Assembly: GCA_965218585.1 (NCBI GenBank)
Contig: CBDCLE010000024.1
Location: forward strand, 64,001-128,000
Direction of reading: 5' to 3'
Origin: Terriglobia bacterium
GTDB lineage: Bacteria; Acidobacteriota; Terriglobia; 20CM-2-55-15
DNA: 64,000 bases
The notes under the pieces are model-generated. The model worked only from the letters and a program-made list of their open reading frames with translations. It was not told where the DNA came from and did not search any database. Positions 41,276 through 52,693 of the stretch are shown here, in pieces; within the stretch, counting starts at the first letter, position 1, and each line of letters starts with the position of its first letter. The position numbers were made by a program, and so were the translations under genes.

Positions 41276-43646
41276 CCTTCTCGGCGTCTGCCTGTGTCTG
41301 AGCCCGCCAGATCGCGTGCAAAGCCTGTTTCGCCTTCGCCTGGGCCGACTTCGGGAGCCCGTTCAGTACGTTCATGGTCTTGTGCATCCAGCAACGTTGG
41401 TGACGTGTCTCGGGATAGATTTCCTCCAGTGCGGCCCAGAATCCCATCGCACCGTCTCCGATGGCCAACTTCGGGATATTCATCCCACGCGACTTCAGCT
41501 TTAACAAGACCTCGCGCCAACTCTGTGTCGATTCCCGGACACCGTCTTCGATTGCCAGAAAACGTTTCTCTCCGCGTTGATTCGCGCCGATCACCACCAG
41601 TGCGCACAACTTGGTTTCTTCGGCCCGCAGTCCGCTGTAGATACCGTCGGCCCAGACATAGACCCAGCGATCGGCATCCAATCGCTCCTCGCATCCCCGG
41701 CGGTACTGCTCGGCCCAGACCTGTTTCAACCGCGATACCGTGCTCGCCGACAGGCCCTGCGCCTGGGGTCCGACAAGAACTTTTAGAGCGTCACCCATCT
41801 CGCCGCTGGAGACGCCTTTCAAATACAACCACGGCACCGCTGCTTCCAGCGATTTCGTTTTCCGAATGTAGGGAGGTACCAGGGCCGACCGGAACGTTAC
41901 CGGGTCGCCAGTCTTCGCTCGGACTTTCGGGATCTGGACCGTTACCGGCCCCAAACCGGTCTGCAGTTCACGTTCAGGCAGATAACCGTTGCGCACCACC
42001 CCGGCGTTGCCCGTCTCGGTTCTCCGATCGCCGTGGTGGGATAGCAGTTCCGCCAATTCGGTTTCCACCGCGCGTTGGATCAGTTGCTGAGCTCCAAGAG
42101 GTCGTTCCAATCGGTGTGTAAAAAGAGAAGGCGGTGTACGCTTTCGGTGAATTCGAAACCGTAAGCAATCCCGGCAGCAATCGGGAGAAAGGTACACCAC
42201 CCATGAAGAAGAAGAACATACCGGCATCAGTGGCGTCAACGAACGCGTATGAAGGTTTGGAGGACTGGGCGCGATCCCGGGTCCAAGTCTGGCTACAGGA
42301 GCTGCTCGAGGACGAAGTCACTCAATTTCTGGGTCGGGAAAAGTCGGAGCGGAGTCCGAATCGACGAGGATACCGGAACGGTCACGGGAAACCGCGACGC
42401 TTCGCAATGATGAACGGTACGATGGAGGTTCGACGACCTCGGGTTCGAAACACCGCCGAGCGGTTCGAGAGTCAGATCCTGCCGTATTTTCGACGGAAAT
42501 CGAAACAGCTGGGCGAGCTACTTCCCGATCTCTACCTCCACGGTCTGGCCACAGGGGACTTCGAGCAGGCCATGCGCGGACTGCTTGGCGCTGGCGCTCC
42601 GTTGTCGCGAGCATCGATCCAACGACTGAAATCGACCTGGCAGTTGGAGTATGACGAGTGGGTCCAGCAGGACCTGTCCGGCCTCGAGGTCGTGTACCAG
42701 TGGGCAGACGGCTTGTACGTGAAAGCGGGGATCGCGAAAGAGCGAGCGGCATTGCTGGTGATCATCGGAGCCTTGTCAGACGGGCGCAAAGTGGTGTTGG
42801 CCTGTGAGAGCGGGCAGCGGAAAAACAAGGAGTCCTGGAGCCGCATTCTGCGCAATCTCCAGAGACGGGGCCTGAAGCTGGGACGGCTGACTGTCGCGGA
42901 CGGTCACCTGGGCATCTGGTCCGCGCTGGCCGAGCAACAGCCCCAGGGCCAGGAACAACGCTGCTGGAACCACAAGTCGATCAACGTGGTCGATCATCTG
43001 CCGAAGACCGAGCAGCCCGCGGCCAGACAGCTGCTTCATGGGATGGCCTTCGCGAACTCCCGCGCGGCCTGCGAACGAAAGCGGGATCAGTTCGTCCGCC
43101 GATATGAGAAGAACTATCCCAAAGCGGGTGAGACGCTGTTGCGGGACTGGGACCGGATGATTACTTTCTATGAGTTCCCGAAACAACACTGGGTGCATCT
43201 GAGAACAACCAACATCGTCGAGTCGCCCTTCGACATGGTTCGCCTCCGCACCAACGCCGCTCGCCGATTCAAGCGTGTCGAGAATGCAACGGCAATGATC
43301 TGGAAGCTACTACGTGTCGCTGAGAAGGCTTGGCGACACTTAAAAGGATCCGAACTCTTACAAGAGGTCTATGATGGTCAGCAATTCGCTGACGGCATCA
43401 GAGTCGTGATGAAATCGAAGGCCGCCGCCTGATGACTTTTACACACCTTTTGTAATGACCTCAGCTCCAACTCGTAGTAGCTCTGTTATCGGATCCTCAA
43501 TCGTCTCTCGACCCTCCGGTCCATTCACGTTACTCTTGCTCATAGTGGCGTATCTCCCTTGGTTGCTTTGAAGTCTGGTAAACAACAAATCAACCAGATA
43601 CGCCGCTCTTCCTCAATCCCTTAAACACCAGATTCGGTTATAACTC
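41276..43646 (-). mobile_element. IS256 type B, 3'-truncated and interrupted by IS256 type A
   Basis: Reverse complement of 51308-~52306, split at 42097/43463; left IR ends at 43646. Confidence 0.88.
42098..43462 (+). mobile_element. IS256 type A, complete (1365 bp), transposase 42203-43432
   Basis: IRs GAGGTCGTTCCAATCGGTGTGTAAAAAG / GAGGTCATTACAAAAGGTGTGTAAAAG; 8-bp TSD AGCTCCAA; WADG, VADG, QRCWNH, RTTNIVES. Confidence 0.95.
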
Positions 43647-43765
43647 CCTCTTCTCCATAACCTGCCCCAAGCACCTCGGACACTGACCCAACCGATCCTT
43701 CTTCCCCGCTCTGAACAGGGCGGATACAATCCGTGCTACAGCCAACGAAGGAGAGGGGGAAGACT

Positions 43766-43960
43766 ATGCGCAATGTAGCGATAGCAGCAATCGGCGTTTC
43801 GGTATTGGCCTTTTTGCTAGCTGTAATCTTCGGTCTGGTCGGTGGTGCACCGATGGGTGTTACTCCAGAGGGATTTTCGCGGACATGCTCGAATCTCGCA
43901 CTCATCGCCATTGCATTAGGTGTGTGGTTTAAAGAGAGCAGCGTGAACGCCTCTGAGTAA
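43766..43960 (+). CDS. Small two-TM membrane protein
   Basis: MRNVAIAAIGVSVLAFLLAV...SNLALIAIAL; purine-rich RBS. Confidence 0.65.
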   Translation: MRNVAIAAIGVSVLAFLLAVIFGLVGGAPMGVTPEGFSRTCSNLALIAIALGVWFKESSVNASE

Positions 43961-43983
43961 AGCGCGGTATGCGGGGGTTTGAG

Positions 43984-44343
43984 CTACCTGTCTGGTGGTA
44001 ATACGCGACCCGTCCCCGGCACTTGGCCAGCAGTCTTGGCGGTGTCCTTGCCACTCTCAGCCAGGGCTTCGTTCTGCTTGCGAATTTCTTCCCTCAGGGC
44101 GTCCAGCTTGTCGTCAGTCATCTTCGCAAGGTCCCGCCGAAACATGTCTTTCCAACTATCCGCGCCGTCACCATCGAGGAACGCTTGCTCTACCTTGAGA
44201 CGTTCCTTCTGAAGTGTGACAAGTCGAGTCAAGCGATAGGCGATCACTAGGAGTGTTGCGGCTATTGGAATGGCGACGATCAGAATGACAATGGTGAGTG
44301 TGTCCACGGTGGATGGATTATCCACTGCGTTGTTGCTGGACAA
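43984..44343 (-). CDS. Hypothetical single-TM protein
   Basis: One hydrophobic helix followed by a charged coiled tail; start uncertain. Confidence 0.55.
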   Translation of the reverse strand: MSSNNAVDNPSTVDTLTIVILIVAIPIAATLLVIAYRLTRLVTLQKERLKVEQAFLDGDGADSWKDMFRRDLAKMTDDKLDALREEIRKQNEALAESGKDTAKTAGQVPGTGRVLPPDR

Positions 44344-44366
44344 GAAAGGAAAAGTGTCGGCTCGTG

Positions 44367-44570
44367 TCAGCGAGGTGGCTGCTCGCCGATCAGGCCCCTT
44401 TGCTCGGCTAATGTGGGATAGGTGCGCAGCAGCATGCGGATCAGGGCGCTTCGGCTGTCAAGGCCTCGTTCGGCGACCAGGGCTTCGAGCCTGGCAAAGT
44501 CGGCGGGTGACAACCAGCATTGGAGCAGCTTCGAGGCCTTGCGACTGTCGGGTTTTTTGGGACGGGCCAC
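44367..44570 (-). CDS. Ribbon-helix-helix (CopG-like) regulator
   Basis: MARPKK...LSPADFARLE....G.DSRSALIR. TATAAT lies 6 nt before the GTG and overlaps a CGCTAT/ATAGCG inverted repeat. Confidence 0.7.
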   Translation of the reverse strand: MARPKKPDSRKASKLLQCWLSPADFARLEALVAERGLDSRSALIRMLLRTYPTLAEQRGLIGEQPPR

Positions 44571-44703
44571 GTCGCTATTATACCTTTCATAGCGCTGTCA
44601 TGCCGGTAGTTCCCACGCTGGTTAGTTGCTGCGGTGAAAGGGAATATCTGGTTAAGACGACACTCTATCTAGGCCATTTGTAACGCTTGAGGGTGAGTAA
44701 GAC

Positions 44704-45393
44704 ATGGGTAAGCTTGGAGACGAAGCCCCTGGAGTCGATCAGGAGATGTTTGACAATGCGATTTTCGTTGTCAACCTCGTCTGGTTTACGGACACCGCGA
44801 AGAGCCCCCATCCTGAGTATCGGCTGTACCATGGCAAGAGTCCGTTATCTCTCCCGCCAAGTGAAGATGCCCATGTTCTAACGGCGCGTAAAGCTCTCAG
44901 GGTGTTAGTCAAGGCCGGTTGTGACGAGCAGCTGTTGCTCGCCGGAGTAGTCCTTATCGCCTGCCCTCACCGTTTATGGGATGAATGGAGAGCCGTCTTT
45001 GAACCTCCAGATCCCGACCGATTAGAACGTGATTTGAAGGAAGTATCGAAGACAGTACGTCGAGCCAATACCGCTCTGACGAATGCTGACATCCTTCACG
45101 GAGTCGAAGATCCTTTAGAGGGTTATTTCTACAAGCATTACAACCGTCTGTGGCGGACCATAGAAGAATACGCCGAACGGATTCCCCCGGTGCTTCGGGC
45201 GATAAAGAAATCCCGCCGAGCTAACTTCGAGCGAAACCAAGCCCTTCGCATGGTGGCCGATCACATCGAGAGCCTCACAGGTAAGCGTTATTGGAAAGAG
45301 TTGGCATCTCTTGCCGCAGCATTTGGCAGTGATGTGGATGTAGATGCCCTAAAACAGCTCTATCACGACAGCAAGCGGTTCTCTGCAGAGTAG
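44704..45393 (+). CDS. Hypothetical protein (mobile-element type)
   Basis: 229-aa ORF divergent from the RHH gene; no recognised motif. Confidence 0.6.
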   Translation: MGKLGDEAPGVDQEMFDNAIFVVNLVWFTDTAKSPHPEYRLYHGKSPLSLPPSEDAHVLTARKALRVLVKAGCDEQLLLAGVVLIACPHRLWDEWRAVFEPPDPDRLERDLKEVSKTVRRANTALTNADILHGVEDPLEGYFYKHYNRLWRTIEEYAERIPPVLRAIKKSRRANFERNQALRMVADHIESLTGKRYWKELASLAAAFGSDVDVDALKQLYHDSKRFSAE

Positions 45394-45479
45394 TTGCACG
45401 CCTTCACTCCTTGTAAGAAGAAACCTCCAAGAAAACAGAACTGATCTTACTGCTACCTCAGCTCCGCATCTGTACGCTC

Positions 45480-45706
45480 GTGGTTGAACCTAAAGACGAC
45501 GAGAGACCTCAGATGAATAAAACAACCGTGGCCTCCTCTCCACGATACGCAACCACCGACTTACCCCTCGCTGCATTCCTCAGCGCCCTGGGCCATCAAC
45601 TGATCGCAGTTCGCAGCGACCGTGGCCGGGGTGTCTTCGTGTTCGAGGACAGCCCTGAGCTTCAGGACGCCACACTGAACTGGAGCAACGACGAACCTGT
45701 GCGAAT
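45480..45706 (+). pseudogene. DUF5659-like small phage protein truncated by an IS
   Basis: YATTDLPLAAFL..LG..L....GRGVFVFE. Confidence 0.6.
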
Positions 45707-47275
45707 TGTCCAACGTCAATCAGAATTCCTTCTCGCATTGACTCATTGAAAATGTTACCGAACTGAGGGTTGTTGCCTCATTAGAAATGTTACCCAACTC
45801 TATGAGAACGGAGGTGGGAAGTGAGGACACACATGACTGTTGCGGCAAGGCGAGAATTAGCTCTACGAACGGCGGTTCGCTACAAGAATGCGGCGCGACC
45901 GGAGAAGAAGCGAATCCTGGATGAGTTCCTTGAATCGACCGGGTTCCATCGGAAGCACGCGACACGGCTTCTGAACGACATTCTGAGGGGCGAACGGCCC
46001 CGACGGCAACCGCGCGGCCGGGTCCGTCGATACGGCCCCGCGGTGCAGGCCGCCCTGATCGCGGCCTGGCGCACAGTCAATGATGTCTGTGGCAAACGGC
46101 TCGTTCCGTTTCTGCCGGAGCTGATCCCGACCATGGAGCGTCACGGGCATCTGTCATTGTCTGATAAAACGCGGGCGGATCTGCTTGAGCTGAGCGCCGC
46201 CACGGCTGATCGGATCTTCCGTCAATTCCGATTCGATCATCGACCGCACGGCAAGACCACCACCAAGTCCGGACAGTTACTCAAACACCGCGTTCCGATT
46301 CGCACATTCGCCGACTGGGCGGACACGCGGCCGGGATTCATGGAAGCGGACTTGGTTGCACACTGCGGCGGGAACTCGGAAGGCCCTTTCCTCCACACCC
46401 TGGTACTGACCGACGTGGCGACCGGCTGGACCGAATGTCTGGCGTTGCTACGGCGTACGGAGGCGGACATTCTGCAGGCGCTCACGACGGCACGGCAGAT
46501 CCTTCCGTTTCAGCTTGTCGGCCTGGACACGGATAACGGTTCCGAGTTCATGAACTACGGACTCCTCGCCTACTGCGAGCGTGAAACGATTCAATTCACC
46601 CGAGGCCGGGCGCGCCGGAAGAACGACCAGTGCTTCGTCGAACAGAAGAACGGCTCGATCGTCCGCCAATTGGTCGGCTACGACCGCTACGAAGGCTCAC
46701 TGGCATACAGGCAGCTTGCCGAGCTCTACCGAGTGGTCCGGCTCTACGTGAACTTCTTCCAGCCGTCCATGAAGCTCACGACGAAGACTCGCGATGGATC
46801 CCGGGTGACGAAACGCTACGATATCGCGCAAACACCCTATCAACGGCTCTCGAATTCGGATGCGCTCGACCCGGAGGTTCGCGTTCGCCTTGCTGCGATT
46901 TATGAACGTTCGGATCCGGTCGATCTCCTACGACAGCTTGAGAAACTCCAGGATGCATTCTGGAGACATGCGAAGGAACTGGCCTCTCCCACGCTAACGG
47001 ACGACATCGTGCGCGCCGCCCTTGTGTCCCCGAACTGCGACGCAGATGCAGACCGAGCCCCGATTGAGGCGGAACTCCCCGATCCCGGCTTCGAGCAACG
47101 AATCACGCGTCGGTATCGCAAAACACGGAAACAACCTGTGCCCCACACCTGGCGTACTCGCCCGGACCCGTTCGACGGCGTCTGGGAGGAGATGCGGTCA
47201 TGGCTTGAATCCGATCCCGGGCGAACATCAAAGTCGCTGTTGCTTGAGCTTCAGCAGCGGCGCCCGGGGCGGTTC
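45707..47275 (+). mobile_element. ISNCY/IS21-like rve-type transposase element, 3'-truncated (ORF 45821-47359)
   Basis: EADLVAHCG, TDVATGWTE, DTDNGSEF, KNDQCFVEQKN. Direct repeats CTCATT..AAATGTTACC.AACT at 45742-45764 and 45777-45799. Ends are approximate. Confidence 0.8.
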
Positions 47276-47355
47276 AGGCTTTTGGTTGCCCAACCAATGA
47301 CGCAGGTTACGCCCATGCCCTTGAACAGTGTGTTGGCAGTTCCTGCGCGGTCCAC

Positions 47356-47553
47356 GTGACGAAGGGCGGAGCCTGCCAACTCGACAACGGCAAGTGGTCG
47401 AACTACGACGCTGTGGACTTCGATGATCGACTTTCGATCACCGTGTTCAAGGACGGTGGAGCTATCTTGCGTGGTCGGAATGCCAGTAATCGACAAACTA
47501 AGGAGGTTTGGGCCCACGATAAGGTGACGCGGTGGTCACGTTGGGAAGGCTAG
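47356..47553 (+). CDS. Small hypothetical protein upstream of the excisionase
   Basis: 65-aa ORF whose stop abuts the excisionase start. Confidence 0.4.
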   Translation: MTKGGACQLDNGKWSNYDAVDFDDRLSITVFKDGGAILRGRNASNRQTKEVWAHDKVTRWSRWEG

Positions 47554-49145
47554 ATGATGAACCATGCAGACGGGTTGCTTAAGGTAGCTGAAGTTGCCGA
47601 CCGAGGTCATTACAAAAGGTGTGTAAAAGTCATCAGGCGGCGGCCTTCGATTTCATCACGACTCTGATGCCGTCAGCGAATTGCTGACCATCATAGACCT
47701 CTTGTAAGAGTTCGGATCCTTTTAAGTGTCGCCAAGCCTTCTCAGCGACACGTAGTAGCTTCCAGATCATTGCCGTTGCATTCTCGACACGCTTGAATCG
47801 GCGAGCGGCGTTGGTGCGGAGGCGAACCATGTCGAAGGGCGACTCGACGATGTTGGTCGTTCTCAGATGCACCCAGTGTTGTTTCGGGAACTCATAGAAA
47901 GTAATCATCCGGTCCCAGTCCCGCAACAGCGTCTCACCCGCTTTGGGATAGTTCTTCTCATATCGGCGGACGAACTGATCCCGCTTTCGTTCGCAGGCCG
48001 CGCGGGAGTTCGCGAAGGCCATTCCATGAAGCAGCTGTCTGGCCGCGGGCTGCTCGGTCTTCGGCAGATGATCGACCACGTTGATCGACTTGTGGTTCCA
48101 GCAGCGTTGTTCCTGGCCCTGGGGCTGTTGCTCGGCCAGCGCGGACCAGATGCCCAGGTGACCGTCCGCGACAGTCAGCCGTCCCAGCTTCAGGCCCCGT
48201 CTCTGGAGATTGCGCAGAATGCGGCTCCAGGACTCCTTGCTTTCCCGCTGCCCGCTCTCACAGGCCAACAGCACTTTGCGCCCGTCTGACAAGGCTCCGA
48301 TGATCACCAGCAATGCCGCTCGCTCTTTCGCGATCCCCGCTTTCACGTACAAGCCGTCTGCCCACTGGTACACGACCTCGAGGCCGGACAGGTCCTGCTG
48401 GACCCACTCGTCATACTCCAACTGCCAGGTCGATTTCAGTCGTTGGATCGATGCTCGCGACAACGGAGCGCCAGCGCCAAGCAGTCCGCGCATGGCCTGC
48501 TCGAAGTCCCCTGTGGCCAGACCGTGGAGGTAGAGATCGGGAAGTAGCTCGCCCAGCTGTTTCGATTTCCGTCGAAAATACGGCAGGATCTGACTCTCGA
48601 ACCGCTCGGCGGTGTTTCGAACCCGAGGTCGTCGAACCTCCATCGTACCGTTCATCATTGCGAAGCGTCGCGGTTTCCCGTGACCGTTCCGGTATCCTCG
48701 TCGATTCGGACTCCGCTCCGACTTTTCCCGACCCAGAAACTGCGTGACTTCGTCCTCGAGCAGCTCCTGTAGCCAGACTTGGACCCGGGATCGCGCCCAG
48801 TCCTCCAAACCTTCATACGCGTTCGTTGACGCCACTGATGCCGGTATGTTCTTCTTCTTCATGGGTGGTGTACCTTTCTCCCGATTGCTGCCGGGATTGC
48901 TTAGGGTTTCGGATTCACCGAAAGCGTACACCGCCTTCTCTTTTTACACACCGATTGGAACGACCTCTGCCGACCGACTCCGCGTTCCAAGGAGCTGGGT
49001 CTACAGCCACGCAGATGACCTAGGGGCTTACCGACTGGGCAAGTATCTGCGTTTCTCGTGGACGCGAGTTATCGAGCGGCTCGAACAGGCGGATTCGTTG
49101 GGTTCGCAAACCAACGACCGATTGCAAGGCATTGATAATGAGTGA
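47554..49145 (+). pseudogene. Excisionase-like HTH protein split by IS256 type A
   Basis: Rejoined sequence: MMNHADGLLKVAEVADRLRVPRSWVYSHADDLGAYRLGKYLRFSW... Confidence 0.8.
47603..48967 (-). mobile_element. IS256 type A, complete copy, transposase 47633-48862
   Basis: Same IRs as 42098-43462; 8-bp TSD TGCCGACC; a few substitutions relative to the other copy. Confidence 0.95.
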
Positions 49146-49283
49146 CTTCAAAAGCGTGGGGAACAATAAAGGAACAGTTTCCGCTCAAAGGAGTCGTGGC
49201 AGTGCCGACGTAACCGTGATGGTGAGCGTGTGTGTCGGGGATTATGACTTTGTGGTGCTAGATCGTGGCTGTAGGCTAGCCAG

Positions 49284-50102
49284 ATGGGGCAGTTCGAAAG
49301 ACCAAACCGATGGACCTACGCTAAAAAACGCACCAATAAGAAATACTCGCTCATGGAGGCTCTCGTGTCGGCGGGTATCTTTGGCATAGCCGCCTGGGGC
49401 GTATTGACGTTGTTCGGGCCTGATGACCTTCCTGAGATCCCTATAGGTGTCGCTACTGCCGTTGTCGGTTGCATCTTGACGTACATATTTCACTTGTTGG
49501 TGATCTTCGTGCGTGCGCCGCGTTTGATCGCGGAAGAAGCTGAAGGGTACTACCGGAACGAAACAGCTTTGTTGGATTCGGAGGTGCGGACTCTACAGCA
49601 GAAAGTAAGCGCCCTTGAAGCTGATATCCCAGTGGTTCTTCTCGAATGTCCGAGTGGATACTTGTCCCCTCAAGCCGAGCCTACACTCCGGACAACAAAG
49701 GGAAGTGTCTTAAACGTGCAGATACGGGATATATCAATTCCGAAGGAAGGCTGCAAGCTGATGTTTGAGAAGGTCCTGGAGGTGAATGAGACCGCGGTCT
49801 CCATCGATGTTTATCTGTATTCTGAAACTTCCTCCTCTGCCGAAAAAGTGCGCTCAATAGAGGCTGCGATCAAGGCGCTGATTGAAGACAAGGACGATTT
49901 TGACTTCATCGAATTGATGGCCATCATCGACTACGACGTTCCAGGTTTTGATACCAAGGTTATGACTGAACTCGGCTTGAAATTCACACGTATCGGAAGC
50001 AGCCTGAAAGCCGATGTCGAGTGGCAACAGACGAAACCCTTGGTGTGGCTCGAAGAGTTCGTACAGCCAGCACAGCAGCCTCCACCTGACCAGAAAGCGT
50101 GA
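49284..50102 (+). CDS. Hypothetical 2-TM plus coiled-coil cargo protein
   Basis: Two N-terminal TMs, a short coiled coil and a beta-rich C-terminus; lower GC. Confidence 0.7.
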   Translation: MGQFERPNRWTYAKKRTNKKYSLMEALVSAGIFGIAAWGVLTLFGPDDLPEIPIGVATAVVGCILTYIFHLLVIFVRAPRLIAEEAEGYYRNETALLDSEVRTLQQKVSALEADIPVVLLECPSGYLSPQAEPTLRTTKGSVLNVQIRDISIPKEGCKLMFEKVLEVNETAVSIDVYLYSETSSSAEKVRSIEAAIKALIEDKDDFDFIELMAIIDYDVPGFDTKVMTELGLKFTRIGSSLKADVEWQQTKPLVWLEEFVQPAQQPPPDQKA

Positions 50103-50109
50103 AAACCAG

Positions 50110-50138
50110 TTGTCCCTAGCTGTTAACGTATATACAAT
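50110..50138 (+). promoter_or_regulatory. Sigma70-type promoter, probably leaderless
   Basis: TTGTCC-N17-TACAAT with ATG 7 nt downstream. Confidence 0.55.
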
Positions 50139-50145
50139 AATGCTG

Positions 50146-50346
50146 ATGGCACGACCTCCTAAACCAGAGCATCTGAGACGAAGCAAGATGCTGCCAATCC
50201 GCTTCACAGTGGCCGAGTATCAGGCGCTGGAAAGTGGAGCGAAGCGGCTCGACGTTACCGTGTCGGATGTTTTGCGTGAAGGGGCTGTGCTGTTCATGAA
50301 GACGAAAAGCAAAGGCGGGTCACGAAAAAAGGAGAAAAGCTTATGA
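50146..50346 (+). CDS. MobC/RHH-like small DNA-binding protein
   Basis: MARPPKPEHLRRSKMLPIRFTVAEY..L...A......VSDVLR; coupled to the integrase (ATGA). Confidence 0.75.
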   Translation: MARPPKPEHLRRSKMLPIRFTVAEYQALESGAKRLDVTVSDVLREGAVLFMKTKSKGGSRKKEKSL

Positions 50347-51307
50347 CCCGTCAATCTGACCAAAAAGGTTGGGTGTCGGATGCCATCCGAACGAAGCGTG
50401 GCGTTGCTTACAAGATTCGCTGGCGCATTCGGGCGGCTGAAGGCAAGTGGAAGCATAAATCCGAGACACTTTACGGCTTGTCTGGAAAGAAGGAAGCCCG
50501 TAGGGAACTGCGAAAGCGCCTCGACGATTCATCGCCGGGGACGCCCCTTTCTGAGATCGCCCTGCGGGAATTCATGGATGAGCAATGGCGGCCTTACCTC
50601 GACAGAAAGAGAATGAAGGCCTCGACGATTCACGGCTACGAATGCATCCTCAACAAACACATCTTGCCCGTGCTTGGAGATCATCAACTTCAACAGATAT
50701 CGCCAGTGCACGTTGAGGAGTTCGTCCAATCAGTCGAGGCTGGGATGTCCCCACGGACCCTGAGAAACGTTCTGATGGTGTTATCTGGAATGTTCTCTCT
50801 AGCGGTAGATAAGGATCTGATCCAGAGGTCGCCGATTCGCGACAGTCACAAGCCTGACGTTCCAGAGTTTGAGAAGGAAGCTTGGACCGCCGAGCAGGTG
50901 AAGACGATCATCGACAACGTTCCTGAGAACTATCGAACCCTGTTCGTGACCGTTGCCTTTTCAGGTGTAAGGCTGGGTGAGTTACTGGCTCTACAGTGGC
51001 GTCACGTTAACTTTGAAGAACGGACGCTTCAGATTGATCAGAGCTTGTGGCACGGCCAGATTGTTCCACCAAAAACTCGGGAAAGTAAGAGGACGATTCC
51101 GTTTGGTGATGCTCTCGCGTCAAGTCTGAACGGACACCTAAGGAACTCTGCGTTCATCGGTCAACAGGACTTTGTTTTCTGCAAGGCAGACGGTTCAACA
51201 CTGAATCCCGATGTGCTGCGGAAGGACGTTCTGTATCCGACACTGGATCGGGCCGGTATTAGGCGTAGTTCTCGTGCTTCTGGATTTCATGCTTTCAGAC
51301 ACTCAGC
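50343..51307 (+). pseudogene. Tyrosine integrase, C-terminus removed at IS256 type B
   Basis: SGVRLGELLALQW, PKT, FHAFRHS. Ends before the LGH box and the catalytic Tyr. Confidence 0.9.
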
Positions 51308-52693
51308 GAGTTATAACCGAATCTGGTGTTTAAGGGATTGAGGAAGAGCGGCGTATCTGGTTGATTTGTTGTTTACCAGACTTCAAAGCAACCAAGGGAG
51401 ATACGCCACTATGAGCAAGAGTAACGTGAATGGACCGGAGGGTCGAGAGACGATTGAGGATCCGATAACAGAGCTACTACGAGTTGGAGCTCAGCAACTG
51501 ATCCAACGCGCGGTGGAAACCGAATTGGCGGAACTGCTATCCCACCACGGCGATCGGAGAACCGAGACGGGCAACGCCGGGGTGGTGCGCAACGGTTATC
51601 TGCCTGAACGTGAACTGCAGACCGGTTTGGGGCCGGTAACGGTCCAGATCCCGAAAGTCCGAGCGAAGACTGGCGACCCGGTAACGTTCCGGTCGGCCCT
51701 GGTACCTCCCTACATTCGGAAAACGAAATCGCTGGAAGCAGCGGTGCCGTGGTTGTATTTGAAAGGCGTCTCCAGCGGCGAGATGGGTGACGCTCTAAAA
51801 GTTCTTGTCGGACCCCAGGCGCAGGGCCTGTCGGCGAGCACGGTATCGCGGTTGAAACAGGTCTGGGCCGAGCAGTACCGCCGGGGATGCGAGGAGCGAT
51901 TGGATGCCGATCGCTGGGTCTATGTCTGGGCCGACGGTATCTACAGCGGACTGCGGGCCGAAGAAACCAAGTTGTGCGCACTGGTGGTGATCGGCGCGAA
52001 TCAACGCGGAGAGAAACGTTTTCTGGCAATCGAAGACGGTGTCCGGGAATCGACACAGAGTTGGCGCGAGGTCTTGTTAAAGCTGAAGTCGCGTGGGATG
52101 AATATCCCGAAGTTGGCCATCGGAGACGGTGCGATGGGATTCTGGGCCGCACTGGAGGAAATCTATCCCGAGACACGTCACCAACGTTGCTGGATGCACA
52201 AGACCATGAACGTACTGAACGGGCTCCCGAAGTCGGCCCAGGCGAAGGCGAAACAGGCTTTGCACGCGATCTGGCGGGCTCAGACACAGGCAGACGCCGA
52301 GAAGGCATTCGATCTGTTCATTGAAACCTATGAGCCGAAGTATCCGAAAGCCACTCGCTGCCTCCAGAAAGACAAAGAAGAACTGCTGGCCTTCTTCAAC
52401 TTCCCGGCCAAGCACTGGCAGAGCATCCGAACGACCAATCCCATTGAGTCGACCTTTGCTACCATTCGCCACCGAACCAAGCGATCCAGGGGTTGCCTGA
52501 CGCGGGTTGGCATGCTGCACATGATGTTCAAACTGGGACAGTGCGCTCAGAAGAACTGGCGACGATTACGAGGATTCGATGATCTGCCCAAGGTGATTAC
52601 TGGAGTGAAATTCAACGATGGAATCGAAGTGACCCACGTCGATCAGGCCGCCGCTTGAGTCAATCGGCAAAACACCACTTTTGACAATAACTC
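51308..52693 (+). mobile_element. IS256 type B, complete (1386 bp), transposase 51411-52658, no TSD
   Basis: IRs GAGTTATAACCGAATCTGGTGTTT / GAGTTATTGTCAAAAGTGGTGTTT; WADG, IGDG, QRCWMH, RTTNPIES. Flanks differ. Confidence 0.95.

Noticed and set aside
41238-42239. 333-aa transposase ORF as an independent gene
   Set aside because: Artefact of reading across the IS256-A/IS256-B junctions.
49219-49229. TGGTGAGCG, complementary to a tRNA acceptor end, as a second att site
   Set aside because: Only an 8-9 bp match with no T-arm; compatible with chance.
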